The notes beneath the pieces are model-generated. The model did no database searches. It saw nothing but the letters and a program-made list of their open reading frames with translations, and had not been told where the DNA came from. From positions 83,328,001-83,392,000 of the forward strand of contig NC_043004.1 in NCBI RefSeq assembly GCF_006345805.1: a stretch of DNA of 64,000 nucleotides, given 5' to 3'. Below are positions 41,901 to 55,320 of this stretch, in pieces (positions within the stretch are counted from its first letter, which is position 1; each line of letters opens with the position of its first letter). Position numbers and translations under genes: made by a program. This DNA comes from Octopus sinensis. Its lineage: Eukaryota.

Positions 41901-43088
41901 AAAGGAGGGCTGGGCATGCCGTGGTTGATGATGCGCAGACACGCGCTGAGACTGCGACATCTCTGGCTCTATGTAGACGACGGTGAACAGGTGTGGTCGC
42001 CGTTTGTGAGGCACGCTTTCCCGCAGCTCGTCTCCATGACCGAACTGCAGTCGTGGATCAAAAAGAGGCCGAGGAAGGGCGAATGGCACCGCGAGTGTCG
42101 CGTTGCTCTCAAGCAACTCTGCCGTCCTGGGTCGACCTTAAGTGACTTCAACACAACCAAAGCATTCTATAGGGGTTTAGTGGAGGGGAGGTACGACGAC
42201 GAGCTCGGGGCGAACCTGGACGTCGACGAGGAGTACCTGACCCGCCTGTTCGGGACGACTTTCGGGCCAGGGCCCATGACAACTTCCAGAGATCCCTGGC
42301 CTGGCAGTGCTACCGAGAAGCGCTACCCGTTCGGGATAAGCTCTACAGACACGGCTCGAGAAACACGGGGCCGACCTGCCCGAGATGCGGTCAGAGCGAC
42401 GAAACCGTTCTGCACGCACTCGTTCAGTGTCCAACAATTTCCGACCTGTGGGCTTATGTCGAACAACTGCTGTCACGTGTGGGACGAGTCGGTTTATCAG
42501 CTGAGTCTATCGTCAATCTTGTCACGCCTCCTTCCTTCAAACGGGAAGGAAGAGCTATTTTCATCATCCTTGTGGCTATGGCGAAAGAATGTATCTGGTG
42601 GACGCGTCTGAAAGGATTGGAGACAAACACTTTCCTCTCTGGTCAATCTCTCATCAACTTCTTCAAGTACCACTTGAAAGGAAAGTGAGAGTAGAGAGGC
42701 AAGTTTTGTCTAGCGAATGTTTTAAAAAAAGATGGGTGAATGTAGCAAGAATGGCACGTATGAATGACGAAGCCACCTTGAGCAATGTCCTATGAACCCA
42801 GAAATCGAAAACAGAGAGTTGCTTATTTGCAAAAAGAAAAAAAAAAAAAAGAAATATAAAACGTGACTTCATTGACCGAGGTTACCGTGGTCTTTTCCGC
42901 AGGCTTTTCTTTCCACGGGTAAACCTCACCTGTCCTCCCCTTTACACTTCATATTGACATTTCTGTGATAACGATCCCTATTGATCATTTTTTCCTCTCC
43001 CCCCTTTTTTTTTTTTTTTTTTTTTAACCCCACTTATTTTTGTCCTCTTTCTCTCCTTTTACGATCCCTTTTGATCGAACCTCCCCCT

Positions 43089-43122
<34 letters not shown>

Positions 43123-43193
43123 CCTTCAAAAGAAAAGCTCTACCTTGTAATTTGTTCTATCTGTGTGCAGCCCTGTGTGGCTAATAAAGAAAC
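41901..43193 (+). mobile_element. 5'-truncated Tx1/L1-type LINE (ORF2 C-terminus with CCHC knuckle) inserted in (CTAT)n, in GRL-C intron 3
   Basis: GLGMPWL...LAWQCYREALPVRDKL...TCPRCGQSDETVLHALVQCP across a frameshift. 3' end aataaagaaac followed by (CTAT)n. (CTAT)n also at the 5' side. Confidence 0.88.
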
Positions 43194-43196
43194 ATA

Positions 43197-43260
<64 letters not shown>

Positions 43261-43474
43261 TTATCTATCTATACACACCACACACAGAGACACACACACA
43301 AACACACACACACATATGGTGGTGTTAAAAAGATCCTGGCAATAAGGGTATCGCACAAAAACACAAAAAGCTGCCTGATTCTGAAATCGAAAGCATTGTC
43401 TCATGAGTGATACGTCTTCAAGCAATGTAAAGATACCCCACCACACACAAACACATATATGAACATATACACAC

Positions 43475-43518
<44 letters not shown>

Positions 43519-43999
43519 CTATTTATCTATCTATATCTATACATATAAATTTGACATGGGCGATTCCTTCTTGTGTATATATATACTCATCATAGATATA
43601 GGGTAAAGAATTATTAATGTGATAATCAATAAATTTTACCAAGTAGTCTCAGTAGTCTGGAAAAAAAAGACATTATCGGTAAAAACGTTTTCAAAAAGTA
43701 TTTTTTTATATTATAGAAAAAGCAGCCAAAGACATCTAATTCTTTTAACTACAAATACAACTCCACAGACAACAATATTTGTAACTCACATAGGCAAAAA
43801 GAAGAAAAAATAATGAAATCAAACAGTCTACGAAAAATTATGTACGCGTTTCCTGATTAGAGTTAGAAGTATTTACTTCCTTCATCAGCATATATTTCGA
43901 GAATTATAAATTTGAAATTTATAATTCTCAGTCAAAGTCTTGTGAGTGAATTTGGTAGACGGAAACTGAAAGAAGCCCGTCTTATACGTACATCCATAC

Positions 44000-44064
<65 letters not shown>

Positions 44065-44092
44065 TATTTATATATACGTATGTATATATATT

Positions 44093-44119
<27 letters not shown>

Positions 44120-44134
<15 letters not shown>

Positions 44135-44633
44135 TGTAGTTGTGTGAGTGTCTGTCTCCTACGATTTAGATTCCTAACTCCTCCCACATTTTGCGGTGCA
44201 GTTTAACCAAATTCGGGTATCTTATAGTCGTGATTAATATCGAGCCCGTCTGGCTATTAGCGCGCGTCTACGATGAGTCTACGATTTTAAAAATAATTTA
44301 ACATAATTTTTTATTCCATTTTAATGCATAATTTTTGTGTGTCGATGGCGGCGGAGTTGGCGTCCACGCTCAAACACCTGCACCTGTGTTTGCTTCTCCC
44401 CCTTCTTCCCTCCCTCGTGAAGCTGTGGGGAGGGAGTTTAAGGAAATCAGCGTCGTAATGCGTTGTCAAGGAGACCAGCGTTCTTTTAGAACAACGACTT
44501 CATGGCTTGAAGACACCAAAACAGAAATGGCTAAGAAAGCCCGAATTGGCATCTATAAGGGAAGTAACTCTCTAAAAATGCTTATATAGTTATTTCCCTT
44601 ACAAACCCGAGCAACGCCGGGCGATACTGCTAG
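44120..44633 (+). mobile_element. Non-autonomous Helitron
   Basis: Same 5' module as 35978 and the same 3' hairpin plus CTAG|T, but a different internal segment. Confidence 0.85.
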
Positions 44634-44714
44634 TATATATATATATATATATATATTTTGATTTTGATTTTTCCAGTTTCAGCTAATGAGCTGTGGCCAT
44701 GCTGGGGCACCGCC

Positions 44715-44802
<88 letters not shown>

Positions 44803-45179
44803 TAGATATAGATATAGACATAGATATATATCTCTGTGTGTGTATGTATTTGCTATTTGTGTCTGCGTTTCACCCCACCACCATCGCCTGATAACCGATG
44901 TTGGTGTGTATATTCGTCATCATCAACTAGCAGTTCGGCAAAAAAGACCGATAGAATAAGTACTTGGCTTACAAAGAATAAATCCTGGGATCGATTTGTT
45001 CGACTAAAGGTGGTGCTCCAGCATGGCTGCAGTCAGATGACTGACATAAGTAAGAGAATAAAAGAAAATGCATGCATGTATGTATCTAAGCACATGTATA
45101 TATTTACGTATTTGTTTGTGTTTTATATCTTAACCGTTGGTTTAAGAGGTATTGTATATAAATTTAAGCTTACACCTAC

Positions 45180-45269
45180 CTCGACAAATAACATAGGACT
45201 GATTACAGCAATACCACCAATACTTATCCCAATAGTGCCAGAGTTTATTCGATTAAGGACCAAATTGAT
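45180..45269 (-). CDS. GRL-C exon 3 (90 nt, INLVLNRINSGTIGISIGGIAVISPMLFVE)
   Basis: Acceptor tttttcttacAG and donor GTAGGT, phase 0/0. LVLNR and GISIGG are shared with GRL-B exon 3. Lies inside ORF 45123..45308. Confidence 0.9.
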
Positions 45270-45780
45270 CTGTAAGAAAAATTCTTTTCGTGAGTTTGAA
45301 GAATGCATATGAATTAATTTAGCAAACGGAAAAATAGGATGGCACTAGTTTAAGAGACGGAGATTCCTTTTTCTTGAAATTCAACATTTTAATGAGAGTA
45401 GATACTCCAAAAGCGAGTGGGTCGACTAGAAGTGAATTTTCGAGTGAAAATCACTGAAAAGTTATGGATAACAATTCGAAGACGTGAAGAATATTTTTAC
45501 AAAACTCCCAGTGTATAATATATTAGAATAATATTTCTTAAGCACTATATATATATATGTATATATAAATTAGAGAAAAAAACACTATTATGTAATTCAA
45601 ACAATGATAGGCGTAAATCACAGCATATAGAAAAAATAAAACACATGATAAAACATTTATCTAGATCACGATAAAGTACATCATAATAAATAAACAGTAT
45701 ATAATTAGTATATAATTTGATTTAATACTAAATTAAATTTTACCCTGTAAGTTTGGATTTATACTCCCTATTAATATTAT

Positions 45781-45827
<47 letters not shown>

Positions 45828-45892
45828 GTGTATATATATATATATATATGTGTGTGTGTGGGGGTGTGTATAATAATATGTGTGTGTATAAT

Positions 45893-45944
<52 letters not shown>

Positions 45945-45946
<2 letters not shown>

Positions 45947-46430
45947 CAAAAAGGTCCCGGACTATTTCTATAGCGCGCCAACAGAAGGCAGCACACTGTT
46001 GCGTGCACATTGATAGCTAGCAGTGACCTTCGTGAGGAAGTGCGCCGAGTGACACCGCTAAGTTTACTTCGCAAGTTGTGAAATTTGTGTTTTCTTGTTC
46101 GTGTGTATGCCTTAGTCTATGATTTTGTCAGGGACAGGAACAGTGAGCCGATGTGAAATTTTGCGTTAAAATAAGGACGTCACCTACGGAGACATTGAGC
46201 ATGTTTTGGCAAGCTTCAGGCAAGGACGCAATGGGTCATATGCAATGTTTCTAGTGGCACGGGCGCTTCAAGAATTGAACGGTTCTGGAAGACGATGAGC
46301 GATCTGGAATACATGCCAAGATCGTCAGCCTCGGAAATGTGGCTTTGTTCATCGCGAATTCGTCCTCCGAAGCCAGACTTTCGATCGGAATCTCTGCTGT
46401 GACTTTTTGAAGCGTTTGAAGGAAATATAA
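45945..46430 (+). mobile_element. mariner transposase N-terminal relic
   Basis: VKFCVKIRTSPTETLSMF...WHGRFKN...LEDDERSG resembles the mariner HTH region. Confidence 0.7.
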
Positions 46431-46479
46431 TATTATATAAGCTATTTAACAATTTTATATACATATATATATATAAAAT

Positions 46480-46512
<33 letters not shown>

Positions 46513-46568
46513 TGAGAGAGAGAGGGATGGAGAGAGAGTGATGGAGAGAGAGGGAGACTGATAGATAA

Positions 46569-46647
<79 letters not shown>

Positions 46648-46717
46648 TTATATAGCAAAAGTGCGTGGTAAATGGAATTTAGAAACATTGTCGAAGGAAT
46701 TTAGAAAGATTGCTTAC

Positions 46718-46786
46718 CTTTGATGCAATTTCAATACTATATTCAGGGACGTTTATGTTATAAATTCTGTCGCGTATTTTAGAAAT
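46718..46786 (-). CDS. GRL-C exon 2 (69 nt, ISKIRDRIYNINVPEYSIEIASK)
   Basis: Minus-strand acceptor tttgttttacAG and donor GTAAGC, phase 0/0. Same length as the paralogous exons, with the shared I-x2-I-R-x2-I-Y-x-I pattern. Confidence 0.85.
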
Positions 46787-47389
46787 CTGTAAAACAAATT
46801 CAAGGCTGAGAAGATATGCATTAATTCATCGACTTCAACTTACAAGATGTATTTAATGAGATAAAGGCTTTTGGTAATGCATCCAGTTGCAGATTGCTCT
46901 TAAATGTTTGTTGAAGATTGTATAAATTCAAGTCTGTTAGTCGAAAATATTATGATAGTGGCGCACAGCATGTTAATGGCCATTTAGTTACGTGACTCTA
47001 ATTTTCGAGTTGGTTAATTATTTCAGTGAATTAGTAGATACCGCAACATAGCTATGGACCATAAAATGTTTGGACTAATATTACTCAACTTGTCTCTTAG
47101 AGATTAGTCCGTCTAATAGGCTATAAGGATTGTATTCTTTAATTTTGATATTTATTTAACCATCTCTTTTATCAGAGCGCTGAAAACATAACTAAATCAA
47201 AATCAGTTGTTAAGCGGCGGAGGGACAAATATTGAGATATGCACACATACACCCACGTATAAGACGGGCTTCCACACGATATCCACTTTCCTGATACATT
47301 GGGCATTAGTTTTCTTGATATAGTGCGGTGAAAAGCTTCGAACAATTACAATAAAATATTTTTGTCAACTCTCTCTTTTACTCTTTTAC

Positions 47390-47522
47390 TCTTTTACTTG
47401 ACTACGGCCTTGCTGGAGCATCGCCTTTAGTCAAAGACCTCGACCCCAGGACTTATTCGTTCTAAACCTAGTACTTATACTATCGGTTCTGTTTTGCCGA
47501 ACAGCAAAGTACACACACATAC

Positions 47523-47567
<45 letters not shown>

Positions 47568-47725
47568 ACGACAGGCTTCTTTCAGTTTCTGTCTACCAAA
47601 TCCACTCACAAGGCTTTGGTCGGTCCGAGGTCATAGTAGAAGACACTTGCTCAAGGTGTCACGCAGTGGGACTGAACCCGGAACCATGTGGTTCGTAAGC
47701 AAGATACTTACCACACCGCCACTCC
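47390..47725 (-). mobile_element. CORE-type SINE copy
   Basis: Reverse complement of the family at 41259 (tttcagtttctgtctaccaaatccactcacaaggctttggtcgg...). Confidence 0.75.
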
Positions 47726-48336
47726 TGCAATTATTTTCTATCGATGTAAGTATATATAGATGCACTTTTTAGTATGACTCGGAGGCATGCCCTAAAATTT
47801 AGCCAATTAATTCAAATGAGTATTTACTAGCGAGCAGACGTAATGAGAAAACTTAGACCTTTGATTCTCAGCCCAACAGCACAACCAAATACGAGGTATT
47901 GTTTATAAGATATGTACGTTTCAGTAATATATAATAATTAATAAAATAATTTTTAATTATGAGAGTATCGAGTCACTTTTAAGGTGGTGAATAGTCATAT
48001 TCAGATTCTAGGGTTTTATGTATATTTACATCTCCCCGACTAATTAACAATAAGAATTGATTATCTAGCTTGCATTATCTCACTAGTAACTATCTTAAGT
48101 CATTGAACCGCAACAAGAGATATTTCATAGAAAATCTCACTTGTGATTTTTTAAAATTGTTTTCTTCATATATTCTATGTAAGACTGAGAAATATATAAA
48201 AAAAGTAACGGACACAATAACAGCACACGAGCAGAATTACACATGGTGGTCTCACTGCTAGGTTTCTGTCACGCAGTTTAAGGTGAAATTTGTGATGTGC
48301 GTTCATATATATGTATAAATATATACATACACACAA

Positions 48337-48390
<54 letters not shown>

Positions 48391-48431
48391 TATATATACA
48401 TACACACACGCACACACACACCCACAACACA

Positions 48432-48477
<46 letters not shown>

Positions 48478-48526
48478 ATATATATATTATATTATATATA
48501 TATATGTATGTATGTAATGTAATGTA

Positions 48527-48624
48527 TAAATTTAAAATGAGGGTGAGAAATTAGATATTATTTAATTAACATCGATTTCACACCAGTGGTCTAGCGTAAA
48601 AAACTGAAGGTTCAGTAAAATTGC

Positions 48625-48677
<53 letters not shown>

Positions 48678-49225
48678 GGGAAACCACTATGTGGACACCC
48701 ATATGCTACAAATAGATCCGCTACGCTCTCACCACTAAGAAATGTTCTCAAGAAAAATTTACCAAAACAACCAAAACGTAATCGAGTTAGACAAAAGAAA
48801 ATGTAATAAAAATATGGATTATTCGTGTACATGTTTCACTATCAACAAATTACATAATCTTACTTACGTAATTGTACGTACAACATCGGTACGACCGTCC
48901 AAGGTGAACATAATTTGTAGGACTGCATACTAGGACATCAACACAAAGTCAGACTTGCAAAAAAGACCTATCCATTACTCTCGTGACTACAATTTCAAAC
49001 GTACTCGTTTTGACGCGTTAAATTACCGGAAAAACTGTTGCTGCTGATAATACTTTACTACAGCGGCCTTTGCCGGTTAGAGAACTTATTACTTTAATTT
49101 TAAATTTAAAATGAGGTGAGAAATTAGATATTGATTTAATTAACATTGATTTCACACCAGTGGTCTAGCATAAAAAAAAACTGAAGGTTTAGTAAAATTG
49201 TATTATATATATATATTATATATAT

Positions 49226-49267
<42 letters not shown>

Positions 49268-49509
49268 TGTGTGTGTATGAGTGTGTGTATATCTTTGTGT
49301 GTCTTTGTTTGTGCCCCCAACCGCGCTTGACAACCGGTGTTGCTGTGTTTACGTCTCCGTAACTTAGCGGTTCGGCAAAAAAGACCGATAAAATAAGTAC
49401 AAAGTTTACAAAGAATAAGTCCTGCTGTCGATTTGGCAGACTAAAGGCGGCACTACAGCATGGCCACAGTCAAATGACTGAAACAAGTACAAGAGTAACA
49501 GAGTAAAGA

Positions 49510-49545
<36 letters not shown>

Positions 49546-49830
49546 TGTGTGTGTGTATTAGCGCTATATATATAATTTTAATAATGAGAGAGATACATTG
49601 AATATTAATTTAATTAATATTAATTTAAAATCAGTAGCCTAGCATATCTAAAAAATCTGAAAATTCAGAAAATTTCAATACATGTGTCTATTTAGGGATA
49701 AACCACTAGGTGAATAACCAATTCGCTAGAAGAAGATCACATACGATCTAACTACAAAAAGAAAAATGTTCTCCAGAGAAAATTCAGCGAACACTAGAAC
49801 ATAAGCGGGCAAGATAGATGAAAATTATAT
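48527..49830. repeat. Dispersed direct repeats (about 110-bp module at 48527, 49098 and, degenerate, 49575) in GRL-C intron 1
   Basis: aaatttaaaatgag.gtgagaaattagatatt...cacaccagtggtctagc is repeated. Two copies are followed by a homologous aaaccacta segment. Confidence 0.6.
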
Positions 49831-49954
49831 AAAAATCAAGAATTCTTGATACATATTATTTTTGCAGAGAGAGGGTGAGTAAAAAGAGAAAAAGTACGAA
49901 AACATTTGAAGCTCAGTGAGAGTAAAATATATGAAATTATGTTTTAATACATAC

Positions 49955-50980
49955 CAAAAGATGCACTTTGATTCCACTTTGGAAAATGTGCACTAAATTT
50001 AAACCATTAAATATTGACAGAATCATTATATATTCATATTCAGGCACGTCGGTTACACGAATTATTGCTCCATAAATAAGTGAACAAATACATATTTCAC
50101 TAAATATTATATTAAATAAAGTTTGTGTTTGCGTAAATATATTTGTTAATTTGAGCAATGAACACAGTTCTTGAAAATGGTCAAAGAGATGTACTAAAGG
50201 TACACTCTGCTTTTTAGGCATCATATTGTCCCTAGGTCCATACTCTTCAAAATGCTTTATTAATTTGTTCCCTTCTCTCAAAATAATTCTTTGCATCACA
50301 TTTATAGCAGATATGTGAATATAAAAAGGAAAAACGTGAATCATATGAATCCAAAACCTCAGTAAAAGTATTAGAATGGCATATTTAGTGTCAGATGATA
50401 AAGGATATAGATATATTGAAAGTAAAATATTATTCTTATTTTTCACAGGTAGAAATATTGTCATTAGAATGCTAAAGCATACAAATAAAATCATACATAT
50501 ATACTGTTTGCATGTGCATTGTTTATAAATCTTGTCTATGGATTTGAGATTGCATTCTAAAAATTTAAAGTCATTAAGATTTTTTATGATACTAGTACAT
50601 ATATCCACTTTCCACATTCTATCAATTATAATTAAAAACGAAACAAGTGTTTCTCCGATTATTAAATAATAAAACATTACGGCGGATACGGGATGATTGT
50701 TATGAACCACAGGTAAAAAAGTGACAATACGAATAGTATCCAAGGTAAACAATACGATTACGAATAAGCGGAAAAAGTAAAATAAGCGTTTCTTCATACT
50801 GGAAGAGCTCCAAATTCTTGTATTCATTTTCATATCTAGAAGAGCCATACACTTGCGAATTCTCTCCATGTATTTCGATAAACGAGTATCACCCAATTTC
50901 TTCCATGTAGTATTAATCGGTTCATGCATTGGATTTGGGCTCTTCTCCATTAAAGATTTAATTGTAACTATTTCCGACAT
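49955..50980 (-). CDS. GRL-C exon 1 (342 codons, TM1-TM6) of a gustatory-receptor-like 7TM ion channel
   Basis: ORF 49937..50980, with an in-frame stop upstream of the ATG. Six hydrophobic segments. FDHFQELCSLLKLTN and GIKVH are homologous to GRL-A/B. Donor TTG|GTATGT (phase 0) at the same position as in the paralogs. Confidence 0.9.
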
Positions 50981-51088
50981 ATTGATAATGGGTAACTAAA
51001 AATGTTGTACTTTCATATGCTACCTGTTATTTGAAAATGGAAAATGCTCCTGCAAAGTCCGTGTCTCTGTGTAGAAGTATATATGTAC

Positions 51089-51133
<45 letters not shown>

Positions 51134-51911
51134 ATATATGTATATCGAATATGAGATCGATATTAGTCTACACCATTCATGTAAAAATATTGACTACCCT
51201 AATTCTTTTTCCATCATATTATTTTAAAATTGGTTCTGTCCGAGTAAATTCTATTGTTATACATTTACCTATATGCTTAGCACATAATCCAGATGTCGAT
51301 ATTTTCTATTAATTTTATGTATACATATAATTATCTATTTATTTATTTACTAATACTTACTTCTTTTAATTGCTTCTCAAATATACATTATTGAGCTGCT
51401 ATTTGCATGGCTTTCATTTAAAAAAAATTGCTGCTTTATTGGTGTAATCCAATATAATCTTCGGATATGGTTATAGACATCCATATATCACAAAATATAT
51501 TGTTTGCTTGTCTCCGTCATGCGATTAGAATATAAGTTTTATGATCACCAGTTTCAAATGAATCAAATATATGAGATCCCCGTCGTGAAATATTAATGGA
51601 AATCATCCAGATTAGAGGTGAAAAGTTTTTTTTTTTTATTTATTTTGTAAGGCGGGGACACTTAATAGCTTTATTGAGCTATATCTATTCCGTATTGTAG
51701 AGACGTCAGTTGCAGACCGTCCCCGATGTTAAATCAATGATAAACGTATGGCAGTGCTGAAATTGGAATATTCAGGAATAAAATATAAAAAAATTAAATA
51801 ATTAAAGAATAAATTGTTGCATGGTTGTCTAGATACATAGATCTAAACATATATTAAGATGAAGACGGGTACATACACATTTGCATATACATACATAGAT
51901 ACATACATACA

Positions 51912-51943
<32 letters not shown>

Positions 51944-51994
51944 ATAAATATATATATTATATATATATATATATTATATATATATACATACACG

Positions 51995-52300
51995 TGGAGG
52001 TACGATGGCCCAGCAGTTAGGGCAGTGGACTCGCGGTTGTAGGATCCCGGTTTCGATTCCCAGACCGGACGTTGTGAGTGTTTATTGAGCGGAAACAGAA
52101 AAAACCTAAAGCTCCACGATCTCCAGCAGGGATTGGTGGCGATCCCTGTTCTACTCTGCTGCCACAACCTTCTCTCACCCTTTATTCTGTTGGCCTGCCC
52201 TCTTAGCCAGCGGGGTGGCGTCATTTGAAGGCTAAAACAAGCTTTGTGACCAGCGATGCGTAGCAACATCTGGTAGCCTGGTCGGTCATGGTTATCACGA
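51995..52300 (+). mobile_element. tRNA-derived SINE (head shared with 21890, different tail)
   Basis: ggactcgcggttgtaggatcccggtttcgattcccagaccggacgttgtgagtgtttattgagcg. Confidence 0.7.
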
Positions 52301-52596
52301 TGGTCACATACATACACACATAATTGTGTATATATATATATAAATATATATATATATGTGTATATATATATATCTCTTATCATAAAAGGCAGATTTTATC
52401 TGCCTCCCTTTGTCTCTTATAGAAATCTACAATATAGGATTTCTTCAATTACAATTTACCTAGCATTTTTAAGAGTAGAATGCATCGGGTCGTGCCAGGT
52501 CCAGTTTTTAAAATTACAACCCCAATTAAGCAAAATTTAGAGAAAACTCACATTGTGGTGTGTGAGTCAAGTGCTTTTCTTAGTGTGGGCTATAGC

Positions 52597-52638
<42 letters not shown>

Positions 52639-53424
52639 AGCGATCTGGTTCACTCACGCTATCACTAATTTCTACGACTTTCTCTTTGCAAGTTTGCAAC
52701 GATTAAAGTGAAACTACTTCGATAAAACGAGAGAAGTGTACCTTAAACCACTACTAAAAAAAAAAAACACAGCAAACAGAAAATAAATACATAACGATTT
52801 ACTCCTCACACAATTTCTTCAATTAGAGTTTACCCATGATTTTTCAAAGTACTTCCATTGGGTGATGCCATACAAAATTTCTTTCAATTTTACCCCCAAT
52901 TAAGACAAAATTCGAGAAAACTCAATATTTTAACATTTCACTCCGAAAGCATTGATGTACATGTGTGCGTGCGTGAGTGTGTGTGTGTCATTCCTCACAC
53001 ACACGCATACACATACATATATGACAGTGACAAACAAACGTTTCAAACAACTACATACAAACACGTGTGTGTTTGTTATTAGTAAAAAGGTGCCAAAACA
53101 CAACTCACTTCTCATTCCAACACATTTGCAAAGACACACGGACGGTCGAATTGCTATAACAATACAGAAGAGGTAAATTGGTTTTTATTTTACTTTCTGT
53201 CGTTAAATTTTGGTAGTATTAATTGGCGAGCCGAGCTTGCAGTATGAAACAATGTTTATGTATAAACGGACGACACTTATATATAGTTATTAATAAATGT
53301 ATGCATCCGTTTAAAAGAAAAACCAAAAAATATTTTATTCTTTATAAATGTTGTGTTCAAAATAACATTTTCTTTTAAGAATGTGTATATAACAAAGTAT
53401 GTGTATATAACTACGTGGCTTATA

Positions 53425-53680
53425 TCTTTATATATAAAAGTGAAGTTGTGTCTCTGTTTCCTACGATTTAGATTCCTAACTACTCCCACATTTTGCGGTG
53501 CAGTGTAATCAAAACCGGGTATCTTATAGTCGTGATTCATATCGAGCCCTTCTGGGTATTAGCGTGCGTCTACGATGAGTCTACGATTAAAAAAAAAATT
53601 ACCATCATATTTTTCCATTTTGATGCATTTTTTCGCTATTATATAAGGGAAGTAACTCTCTAAAAATATCTACGATAAGC
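53425..53680 (+). mobile_element. Non-autonomous Helitron 5' module (3' end missing)
   Basis: A|TCtttatatataaaag... cgatttagattcctaactactcccacattttgcggtgcag... as in 35978. Confidence 0.75.
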
Positions 53681-53740
53681 TAACGTGTGTGTGTGTGCGT
53701 GTGTGTGAGTGTGTGTATGTGCGTGTGCGTGTGTGTGAGG

Positions 53741-53776
<36 letters not shown>

Positions 53777-53794
53777 GTGTGAGTTTGTGACAGG

Positions 53795-54476
53795 AAAGTT
53801 TTTTAGGACGAATATAAGACCTAAAGTATATCCAAGTAGCAGAAAGATCGCCCAAAAGTGTATATAGATATTTAAATGTATTTATATATTCATCTATACA
53901 CAGATGTATGTATAATGTGTGTGTATATATTTCCATAGAGGTAACCTTTCACTCCATACAAAGTTTTTTAGGACGAATATAAGATCTAAAGTATATACAA
54001 GTAGCAGAAAGATCGCCCAAAAGTGTATATAGATATTTAAATGTATTTATATATTCATCTATACACAGATGTATGTATAATGTGTGTGTATATATTTCCA
54101 TAGACGTAACCATTCACTCCGCACAAAGTTTTTTAGGACGAAAATAAGATCTAAAGTTATCTCTAAGTAGCACAAGGATCGCCCAAAAGTGTATATAGAT
54201 ATATAAATGTATTTATATATTCATCTATGCACACATGTATGTATAACGTGTGTGTATATATTTCCATAGAGGTAACCATTCACTCCATACAAAGTTTTTT
54301 AGGACGAAAATAAGATCTAAAGTTATCTCTAAGAAACAGAAAGATCGCCCAAAAGTGTATATAGATATTTAAATGTATTTATATATTCATCTATACACAC
54401 ATGTATGTATAATGTGCGTGTATATATTTCCATAGAGGTAACCATTCAATCCATACAAAGTTTTTAAGACGAAAAT
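53795..54476. repeat. Tandem array of about 4.1 copies of a 165-bp unit
   Basis: The anchor a(g/a)gacgaa starts at 53805, 53970, 54135, 54301 and 54466. Confidence 0.92.
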
Positions 54477-55320
54477 ATTTAAATATAAAAGAAAGGTTGT
54501 GTGTCTGTCTACTCCGATTTAGATTCCTAACTACTCCCACATTTTGCGATGCAGTTTAACCGAAACCGGGTATCTTATAGTCGTGATTCATATCGATCCC
54601 TTCTGGATATTAGCGCGCGTCTACGACGAGTCTACGGTTTTACAAATAATTTACCACCATTTTTTCCATTTTAATGCATATTTTTTTTAATAAAGGGAAG
54701 TAACTCTCAAACTTCACAGCAATATGCGTGCTCATATGCGACGTAATATCACATCAGCAGCATTTCCTCACACCCTCCTTGCACTTGGCGAAGGCAAAAT
54801 ACCAGGGGATGAAAATGGTAATATTGCCATCGATTCCATTTGTACCATTGTTAAGACGCCTTCTGATTTCAGAGATGCAGTGTTCCCAGATCTACAAGCT
54901 AATTATCAGAATATGGATTGGATTGGCAAAAAGGCTATACTGGCCCCGAGGAATAAAACTGTTCACCATATTAATGATGAAATGCTAAAACTCATTCCTG
55001 GGGAAGTCTATGTATATCAGTCTATCGATACAACTCCTGACCCAGAGGACGTCATCAACTATCCAATAGAGGTACTCAATTCCTTTGAGCACCCCGGACT
55101 ACCACCACACTTTCTCAAACTTAAAGTTGGTGCCCCTATAATGCTCATCAGAAATTTGGTTCCCCCAAAACAATGCAATGGCACACGTTTGATCGTTAAG
55201 TCCTTATCTCCCACCGTAAACTTATATCAATATTTGCCTGAATAATCATCATAATTCAGTGCAATCATTAACAGTACTTTCAAGCAATTCAGACCCGAGC
55301 AACGCCGGGCAATTCTGCTA

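Noticed and set aside
48850-48925. Minus-strand AG...GTAAGT segment as GRL-C exon 2
   Set aside because: Its length (55 or 62 nt) breaks phase and it has no homology. The 69-nt exon at 46718-46786 fits instead.
53795-54476. Regularly spaced repeats as a CRISPR array
   Set aside because: The whole 165-bp unit repeats with no unique spacers, and the context is eukaryotic.
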